Assembly (NCBI GenBank): GCA_965662845.1
Contig: CBFIJD010000054.1
Location: 1 to 15,103, forward strand
Length of the DNA: 15,103 nucleotides
Direction: 5' to 3'
DNA from: an uncultured bacterium
GTDB lineage: Bacteria; SAR324; NAC60-12
In this document: positions 9,401-15,103 of the stretch, piece after piece
How positions within the stretch are numbered: position 1 is the stretch's first letter
How the letters are laid out: each line of letters starts with the position of its first letter
The notes under the pieces: generated by a model
What the model was told of the DNA's origin: nothing
Seen by the model: only the letters and a program-made list of their open reading frames with translations
Database searches by the model: none
Program-made: the position numbers and the translations under genes

Positions 9401-12400
9401 TCCGCGCCGCTGTACCCCAAAAGCTACATCTTCCAGCTGACCCGCGACATTGACCTGACCACCTTGGATGACAACCTCTCCGCTGACCTCCGCCCGATTG
9501 GTGACAACACCACCGCCTTTAGTGGGGTCTTAGAAGGCGACAACTACACCATTCGCGGCTTCGGTCTGAGCACCTATGCTCCCAGCGGGCTCTTTGGGCG
9601 CTTGAGCAACGCGCGCGTCTCCAACCTGACGATTGTGCTCGACAACACCACAGGCTTGGAGTCAAGCGGGTTTGTCGGGGGATTGGCTGGGATCGCTGAC
9701 AACGTGACCATTGAGAATGTGCAAGTGCGCGATGGCTTCGTGCGCAATTCGCAGACGCTCTCAGCAGACTACAACCCAGACACTGTGAACCTAGAGTGGG
9801 GCGCCGGAGGACTGGTCGGCAAACTGAGCCGCTCAACGGTGACCAACAGCCACGCCATCATCCACTCGGTGCACAGCGACCTGCTCGCCGGCGGTCTGGT
9901 CGGCCACATGGAGCACAGCCACCTCGACAACGTCTCCGCGACCATCAGCGACAACGTCAGCGGGAACCTCGCCGTGGGAGGACTCGTCGGCGTCGCGGAT
10001 CGGAGCTCCCTCATTGAACAAAGCGCCGCCGAAGCAAACGTCACCGCCACCGGAAAAGAAGAGACGTCGAGCAGCGAGGGCACCCTTCAGCTCATCGCCG
10101 CTGGAGGCGGCTTGGTCGGACACCTCGACAACGCGACGCTACGCAACAGCTACGCGCTTGGAGCGGTCAGCGGAGGAGGAAATGGCCTTGGCGGCTTGGT
10201 GGGAGAAGCCTGGCTCGCGCGCATTGAGAGCAACTACACGTCAACGACTCTCTCCAGCACCAGCGGCGCTCGCGTTGACCCGCTAGTCGGCTCCAATCGG
10301 GGCGGAAGCGTGCACAAAAACTACTGGGACAACACGACAAACCCGGTCGCGTTCGGCACCGGAGGATGGGGGAGACCCCTCGCACAGCTCCAGCAAAGCG
10401 CGGCGCCGGGAGCCTGCCCAGCAAGCGGTCTACCGAGCTTCGCCGGCTGGGATCACACCGTTTGGGATTTTGACAACGCCTCGGCGCTGCCTAAGCTGCG
10501 CTGGCAGACTGGAAGCACATCCACCACAGGCTTCCAAGTGAGCTGCGTGCTGCCTGCCAACGACAGCACCGTCGGCCCGTATGAGAAGGTGCAGGTCTGG
10601 TTCTCACAAGCCGTCGACAACAGCAGCACCAGCGGTTTCTCGTTGGCGAAAGGGACGGACAACACCACCAGCTTCACCGTGTACGACAACACCACCTTCA
10701 CGCTCTCACTGGTTCCATTGGGACCCGCTGACAACGGCAGCTACACCGTCACGGTTCCGTCCTCGCTCACAAGCTTATCTGGCGTGACGCTGGGTTCTGC
10801 CTCTTCCCAGAGCTACAGCGTCGATGCGGCGCTGTCTCCGGCTGTGGAGGCGACGACAGGGTTGCTAGGGCACTATTCTTTTAATGACAGCGCGGCGCTA
10901 GGCCGAGAAGTGACCGAGCGCGGGCAGAGCCTCGCCTTCCCAGACAACAGCTCTTATCTCTCTGTTGACCGGCTCGGCAGCGACAGCAGTGTTTATCCTC
11001 GTGGAAGTTTATCCATCAGCGGGGCTGTTCGTCAGCAAGCACAAGTCAAACAAGAACCTGACGCCATCACTGACAATGCGTCCATCGTCCTGTGGATTCA
11101 CCCAGACACTCCACCCAGCGCCGACAATACAAGCGCTGTGGTGACGGTCGGAAAATGGGATCTCATCTTCGAAGCGAACGGCTCCGTTGCTTGGAAAAAT
11201 CGGTTGGAATCCTCCATTTCTTTCGCCCGAAACCCTGTGCGCTCCCACGCTTGGACACAAGTGGCTTTGAGCTGCACAGACAACCTCTGCGATCTGTACT
11301 TTGACGGTCAGGCACAAGGGACAGACAACTGGACCGCGCCCGCTGAGTCTACTTACGACAACACCACCTTGGCGTTGGATTGGAACCTGAAGTCCACATT
11401 AGACGAGCTGCGCGTTTATGATCGGGGGCTCTCCGCGGCAGAGATTCGGCGCTTAGGGAACACTGCGGATAATCAGTTTCCACAAGCCAGTGGGGTGCTG
11501 ATTTACGCAAATGATGGAAGCGTCGACAGCACGATCAGCCAACAAGTTCGCCTAGAATTTTCAGCGACTGATGACTTTGAACTGAGCGACTATTTTGTCA
11601 CAGACAACGCGACCTTGGCAGCAACAGCACCTGATTCATCATGGTCTTGGATTCCGTTGACTTATCCTGACAACACCACCCACAGCGAAAACTTTACGCT
11701 CTCGTTTGTAACAACGAACCAAGTCAAGACGACGACACTGTGGTTGCGTGATAAAGCGGGGAATATTTCAGATGCAGTTGCCGATACGATTTATTTTGAC
11801 GGTGCTTTAGAGATGCAAACGCAGTCTGTGCAAAACGCAGCGGCGAATGTCTCGCCCTATCATGGATTTAGCTTTGAGTACAATCGACCGCTAGACGACG
11901 ATAGTTTTGCAGGACTGGATGCGTCTTTGAAATTAGACAACACGACCCCCGTCTCAGGATTTTGGGGATATGACGGTACGACCGTTCGGTTTTATCCAAG
12001 CTCTCCGTTGTTGGAAAATCGTGACTACACGGTCAATTTAGGAACAGTAAATTATTCGTTTACGACCGGTACGGTGATTGTTGGTGCTTCTTCGACAACA
12101 ACAGGAACAACTTGGACATTTACCAATGAAGATGGAACTGGACGAACTGGTCCAAAGTCAACTTCTGTTGCCAATACCACGATCTCCAACGGGATTCAGA
12201 CATGGACAGTGCCTGATACCGGAACGTACACCATTGAGGCATGGGGTGCAGCCGGAGGACAATCGACTTACAGCGGGACTAAAACAGCTGGGTTTGGAGC
12301 AAAACTCAAAGGCACGTTCTCTCTCAACACGGGGGACAAGTTGAAGATTGTGGTCGGTCAACAACCGGCTGACTTATCCGGATCCTCCAACTTTGCGACC

Positions 12401-15103
12401 GGTGGTGGTGGTGGTTCATTCATCACCTACTCCGACAACACCCCACTGATCATCGCTGGTGGCGGCGGTGGAATACGAGGGAGCAGTGCCTCGTCTTATG
12501 CTCATGCGAGCATCAGCGAGTCTGGGAAAAGCTCTAACGATGGTGGCTCAGGCGGACTAAGAGGCGCCGGAGGAAATTCACGAGAGCCAACGGGCGGTGG
12601 GTCTGGGGGGCCCGGAGGTGGGCTGTTGAGCAACGGACAATCTCCCGGAACCTGTTCCTCAGATTCTTATGGACTTGCCTTTGTGAATGGTGCTCAGGGA
12701 GGGAATTTAGGGACACCTTTCACAAGCGGAGTCGCTTCCGAAGGAGGCTTCGGTGGTGGAGGTGCTGGAAACTGGTGCTATCGCGGTACTCCTGGTGGCG
12801 GCGGTGGCTACAGCGGAGGGGGAGCCGGAATCAACAATTCTCAAGGGGGAGGCGGCGGTTCCTACAACGCTGGAACCAACCCAGAAATCATTGGCTACGA
12901 CACCACAGGAAACACGGGGCAAGGGCTGGTGACCATCGTCCAATTGGAAGCCGCCAGCATCAACACAGAAGACGCGTTGTTGGCCCACTATCCACTCGAC
13001 AACAACACCCTCGACGACAGTGGTCAGGCGCACCACGCCACCGACAACGGCTCGCCTGCAGCTACACAGGATCGCTTTGCCAACCCAGCCTCTGCCCTCC
13101 AGTTGGATGGCAGCACGCAATATCTGGCGGTAGCGAAAGATTCTTCGACGTGGCTGCCGACCGATGACAACATGAGCATTCAACTCGTTGCCTCTTCCGA
13201 CAATTGGACGACCGCGTGTAGCAGCTCGGTCAAAGGCTTGGTCAGCAGCGGAACCGGCTTGGAGCTGCTCTGCGCCAACGGCAACATCACGCCTTATCTC
13301 AACGGCACAGCCACGTCCGCGACCGTAGCGACCAGCAGCTTGAGCGCAGGCTGGCATCAGCTCGTGGTCACTTACAACGGCAACACTGTGCGTCTGTATG
13401 TAGACGGCGCTTCGGTAGCAGATGCCACAACCAGCGGGGTCCTCTCGCAAAACACGGGCTATTTGTTCTTCGGAGCGCAAGGCGACAACGGGACGACACC
13501 CGTCGCGGGGAGCTACTTCGCTGGAGCTTTGGACGACATCTACATTTATGACCGCGCGCTCAACTCTTCGGAGGTCAAAGCGCTGTACTCTGTCCACGAT
13601 GTCTTGCCACCGCGCTTGGTCAGCTCCATCCCGGCCGATAACTCCATCCAGCTGCCTGTCACTGCGAACTTGACGGCCACGTTCCGCGAACCACTAGACC
13701 CGGCGACCGTCGATGAGACGACCGTTGTCCTGCGGCTCGATCGCGACAACTCTACCGTGGCGGGGTCGGTCACTTACGACAACTTCACCATCACTTTTGA
13801 TCCAAGCGACAACCTGACAGGTTGGGACAACTACACGCTCACCTTCTACGACAACATCACCGACCTCAAAGGCAACGTCCTGAAGAGCACCCACGGAGAC
13901 AACCTCACCGTTCGCTTCAAGACCGCGCCGGTTGGGGCAGGCATTGCGGGGGATCCTTTCCAGTTGGATAACATCACTGGACTCTTGCCCATCTACGACA
14001 ACCTCAGCGCTCACTATCTGCTCACCCAAAACATCACGTTGAGCGGAGAGTGGACTCCGATTGGAGCGAGCGGCGGGACGGATAATTTCAGCGGGCACCT
14101 CAATGGAGACAACTTCACCATCAGCGGCTTGACGATTACCGAAAGCCACAGCTACACAGGCTTGTTTGGACTGATCGGTGAAAATGCGACGGTGAAATAC
14201 CTGAATGTGGATGTTCCTTCGATCAATGCAGGCGCAAACAACAATGTCGGTGCGATTGCCGGACATATCAAACCCGGAGCGATCTTGCAGAATATCTCCG
14301 TCACTGGCGGAAGCATTCAAAGTACAGGTAGCTACATCGGCGGTTTGGTCGGAGACAACGCTGGGGAAATCCGAGAGTCGTATTCAACGGCGACCGTTAG
14401 CGGTGGAAGCTACGCCGGTGGAATTGCCGGATTCAACTTTTCAACAGCGACCATTGTTGACTCCTACTCGATGGGGAATGTGTCCGGTGATAATGCTTCT
14501 GGAGTGGTGGGAGAAAATCAAGGAGTGGTGAGCCATACCTATTCAACGGGTGTGATTAGTGGAGGAACAAACTTGGGCGGCTTGATCGCAATCAATTCAG
14601 GAACCGTCACTTATTCTTATTGGGATAATCAAACTTCGGGACAAAGCACTTCGGCTGGTTCAGGAAGCGACAACGCCTCTGCTCGCACAACCGCCCAGCT
14701 TCAGCAGACGATCGTTGCCGGAGGCTCTGTCGATGGGGTGCTTACCTATGAAAGTGGCACAGGTTGGGACAACGCCAGCGTCTGGAGCCTCACCAACCGC
14801 TTCGACTATCCACGCTTGGCTTGGCAGTTCCATGCGGACAATGTCAGCTTCTCGCCTTCGCTTGACAACGGGACCGCTGTCGAACCCGACGACAACATCA
14901 CGATTGCCTTCAATGAAGCCGTGGACAACACCACCTTCGCCGGCAACCTCGTCTTGACCCTCAACGACAACAGCTCCTCCGTCGCCTTTGCCTCGTCGTA
15001 TGACAACGCAACCTTCACCTTAACGATTGACCCGCAAGAGTACCTCGCGGACAACGGCAGCTACACGCTCACGCTGAGCAATCAAATCGCCTCCGCGATG
15101 CGG
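6476..15103 (+). CDS. giant multidomain surface lipoprotein / adhesin-like protein (at least 2876 aa, 3'-truncated by the window edge)
   Basis: ATG at 6476. I translated this frame by hand to 15103 and found no stop codon; the ORF track also lists no + ORF in this frame over the span. The N-terminus MRTQLLVLLSVSLFLLNS-C is lipoprotein-signal-like (Cys19, codon 6530-6532). The protein is Ser/Thr/Asp/Gly-rich with recognisable Ig-like, GLUG, LamG and glycine-rich domains. Confidence 0.93.
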   Translation, partial: MRTQLLVLLSVSLFLLNSCAPLPNEGSQTEQAEVKLQLQHRTTTLGSARTGTETRATEFIVVVDGETLFAAAGPADDVVQASGLLDVTTNQLSLTLPLDTSIRLFAYRYAEALTLTELQTRLANQTLDTGAIDYGKTEPFSIAADSSTQSLNITVLLQREAVFLDAAVEGLQAETVDGAQTTDADGMFVYFPDETVSFSVGGIELGSQTNPTVVTPYSLLNVTEGQSADSVTNLVRLLLTLDDDGDANNGIQLSSGVISNTASASVNFNQSTAAFASSLAASISNWTAGNQVPQTALVDEELALEHLTLLLERKNTALSVETVVPVASSTEVPLDTLLVAAFNEPLRASSVANASALTLTSAGGATVSGTLTTQNSQLIFTPASLLSPNTVYSAQLSSELQDQEGSALGAPFSWSFTTGTSSGGGFPNSSSTSPDNGSTDVVLDIVLAAYFDGVILPEGDELWSVQDSDGNVISCESGYTIVAVYCVPTENLAANTTYTASVLPNLRSQSGIAMSEAYSFSFTTGESLSTTGTYLTHVGSFQDNYTREPEVHLIVSGDRNADELRYVLTESESAPSSSALDWQEPLGYPVQVPFALSAGEAGRRTVTAWFDNTNTVVNSVSAEVVFDDVSPTGTLAFAVPTTNADNISVTVSGNDALSPIGWYYLSRDNTTALLRDAEQWIPVDTPSLTTEFAVERSLDNSTEGTITLYGWLLDYAGNISESFGDSFLFDTTAPSLSGFTIAGSASFTNNDEINVSFTASDNLSGIAYYSLSEDNATPAVTSEVWLPYAGDNLSYAFVDNTTEELKTVYLFLQDNASNIVSTSASVIYDITSPTVTAITPLDNTTGLFADDLTLTVNFSEPVATTSLTAETDCSGSVQLYAEDDNASACVPLTFSFSADNQTVTLTPNLYPEQNVERGTRYQLVLTDDITDRALNPLERFETVGGLLTASFSGQGTAESPFLLNYPEQIVELSATSAPLYPKSYIFQLTRDIDLTTLDDNLSADLRPIGDNTTAFSGVLEGDNYTIRGFGLSTYAPSGLFGRLSNARVSNLTIVLDNTTGLESSGFVGGLAGIADNVTIENVQVRDGFVRNSQTLSADYNPDTVNLEWGAGGLVGKLSRSTVTNSHAIIHSVHSDLLAGGLVGHMEHSHLDNVSATISDNVSGNLAVGGLVGVADRSSLIEQSAAEANVTATGKEETSSSEGTLQLIAAGGGLVGHLDNATLRNSYALGAVSGGGNGLGGLVGEAWLARIESNYTSTTLSSTSGARVDPLVGSNRGGSVHKNYWDNTTNPVAFGTGGWGRPLAQLQQSAAPGACPASGLPSFAGWDHTVWDFDNASALPKLRWQTGSTSTTGFQVSCVLPANDSTVGPYEKVQVWFSQAVDNSSTSGFSLAKGTDNTTSFTVYDNTTFTLSLVPLGPADNGSYTVTVPSSLTSLSGVTLGSASSQSYSVDAALSPAVEATTGLLGHYSFNDSAALGREVTERGQSLAFPDNSSYLSVDRLGSDSSVYPRGSLSISGAVRQQAQVKQEPDAITDNASIVLWIHPDTPPSADNTSAVVTVGKWDLIFEANGSVAWKNRLESSISFARNPVRSHAWTQVALSCTDNLCDLYFDGQAQGTDNWTAPAESTYDNTTLALDWNLKSTLDELRVYDRGLSAAEIRRLGNTADNQFPQASGVLIYANDGSVDSTISQQVRLEFSATDDFELSDYFVTDNATLAATAPDSSWSWIPLTYPDNTTHSENFTLSFVTTNQVKTTTLWLRDKAGNISDAVADTIYFDGALEMQTQSVQNAAANVSPYHGFSFEYNRPLDDDSFAGLDASLKLDNTTPVSGFWGYDGTTVRFYPSSPLLENRDYTVNLGTVNYSFTTGTVIVGASSTTTGTTWTFTNEDGTGRTGPKSTSVANTTISNGIQTWTVPDTGTYTIEAWGAAGGQSTYSGTKTAGFGAKLKGTFSLNTGDKLKIVVGQQPADLSGSSNFATGGGGGSFITYSDNTPLIIAGGGGGIRGSSASSYAHASISESGKSSNDGGSGGLRGAGGNSREPTGGGSGGPGGGLLSNGQSPGTCSSDSYGLAFVNGAQGGNLGTPFTSGVASEGGFGGGGAGNWCYRGTPGGGGGYSGGGAGINNSQGGGGGSYNAGTNPEIIGYDTTGNTGQGLVTIVQLEAASINTEDALLAHYPLDNNTLDDSGQAHHATDNGSPAATQDRFANPASALQLDGSTQYLAVAKDSSTWLPTDDNMSIQLVASSDNWTTACSSSVKGLVSSGTGLELLCANGNITPYLNGTATSATVATSSLSAGWHQLVVTYNGNTVRLYVDGASVADATTSGVLSQNTGYLFFGAQGDNGTTPVAGSYFAGALDDIYIYDRALNSSEVKALYSVHDVLPPRLVSSIPADNSIQLPVTANLTATFREPLDPATVDETTVVLRLDRDNSTVAGSVTYDNFTITFDPSDNLTGWDNYTLTFYDNITDLKGNVLKSTHGDNLTVRFKTAPVGAGIAGDPFQLDNITGLLPIYDNLSAHYLLTQNITLSGEWTPIGASGGTDNFSGHLNGDNFTISGLTITESHSYTGLFGLIGENATVKYLNVDVPSINAGANNNVGAIAGHIKPGAILQNISVTGGSIQSTGSYIGGLVGDNAGEIRESYSTATVSGGSYAGGIAGFNFSTATIVDSYSMGNVSGDNASGVVGENQGVVSHTYSTGVISGGTNLGGLIAINSGTVTYSYWDNQTSGQSTSAGSGSDNASARTTAQLQQTIVAGGSVDGVLTYESGTGWDNASVWSLTNRFDYPRLAWQFHADNVSFSPSLDNGTAVEPDDNITIAFNEAVDNTTFAGNLVLTLNDNSSSVAFASSYDNATFTLTIDPQEYLADNGSYTLTLSNQIASAMR
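7426..8050 (+). other. two tandem SbsA/Big_5-type Ig-like domains in the giant protein; further copies at about 8960-9315, 10530-10820, 11800-12070, 13598-13925 and 14830->15103
   Basis: P....EVPLDT.L.AAFNEPL...LIFTPASLLSPNTVY......LQDQEG..L..PFSWSFTTG, and a second copy ending YSFSFTTG. Confidence 0.75.
8060..8960 (+). repeat. three tandem diverged ~100-aa Ig-like repeats; a fourth copy at about 11465-11800
   Basis: Recurring protein pattern Y[YV]L[ST]E...P.....W...T[VL][YT].W..D.AGNIS...D.T.P, e.g. LYGWLLDYAGNIS, KTVYLFLQDNASNI, TLWLRDKAGNIS. No exact DNA repeat. Confidence 0.65.
9326..10507 (+). repeat. GLUG-motif beta-helical repeat region 1 of the giant protein
   Basis: FSGQGTAESPF, FQLTRDIDL, PIG...FSGVLEG..YTI, GLFG, repeated VGGLAG/GGLVG units, then YWD and WDF....LPKLRWQ cap. 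Confidence 0.8.
10859..11455 (+). other. LamG-like jellyroll domain 1 (diverged)
   Basis: GLLGHYSFND...SIVLWIHP...WTQVAL....DLYFDG...LDELRVYDRGLSAAEI. Confidence 0.75.
12113..12946 (+). other. ALK/LTK-type glycine-rich domain
   Basis: WTFTN..GTGRTGP...GIQTWTVPDTGTYTIEAWGAAGG...GAKLKGTFSL..GDKLKIVVGQQ...GGGGGSF...PLIIAGGGGG...GGFGGGG...GGGGGYSGG...GGGGGSYN...GQGLVTI. Confidence 0.85.
12974..13588 (+). other. LamG-like jellyroll domain 2
   Basis: LLAHYPLD...DDSG...DRFANPASALQLDG...WHQLVVTYNGNTVRLYVDG...FAGALDDIYIYDRALNSSEVKALY. Confidence 0.85.
13931..14827 (+). repeat. GLUG-motif beta-helical repeat region 2 of the giant protein
   Basis: GAGIAGDPFQL, HYLLTQNITL, WTPIG, FSGHLNG..FTISGL, GLFG, IGGLVG/AGGIAG/LGGLIA, SYWD..TSGQSTSAG, YPRLAWQ. 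Confidence 0.8.

Noticed and set aside
12400..12860. GGT/GGC runs as microsatellites or phase-variation tracts
   Set aside because: Mixed synonymous Gly codons in frame, explained by the polyglycine segments of the glycine-rich domain.
12707..13597. 296-aa minus-strand ORF, plus 13694-14320 and other short ORFs over 6531-15054
   Set aside because: Antisense or off-frame shadows of the giant + strand gene, with no recognisable motifs.
7778..15061. Frequent GACAAC hexamer as a DNA-level repeat, CRISPR array or binding site
   Set aside because: Spacing is irregular, nearly all copies are in one frame encoding Asp-Asn, and synonymous variants occur. It is a protein motif.

Overview
Bacterial window with three parts. 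(1) 353-3714 (+): a three-gene operon of FAD-dependent oxidoreductase, DUF1365 protein and cyclopropane-fatty-acyl-phospholipid synthase-like methyltransferase, matching the UfaD/UfaO/UfaM (furan fatty acid) type of lipid-modification cassette. (2) 3706-6120 (-): a secreted caspase-family (peptidase C14) protein with an intact His/Cys dyad, followed by a helical linker, a DUF1566 domain and a probable LecA/PA-IL-like lectin domain. (3) 6476->15103 (+): one uninterrupted ORF of at least 2876 codons. The supplied ORF track misses it, apparently because it has no stop codon inside the window. It encodes a giant predicted lipoprotein built from Ig-like, GLUG-repeat, LamG and ALK/LTK-type glycine-rich domains. 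The strongest signal is in this protein: by manual count about 61 of about 67 Asp-Asn dipeptides are followed by X-Ser/Thr (X never Pro). These D-N-X-S/T sites are spread over unrelated folds, which suggests an N-glycosylation system with an unusual preference for Asp at position -1. All domain calls come from motif recognition by eye, not database searches.
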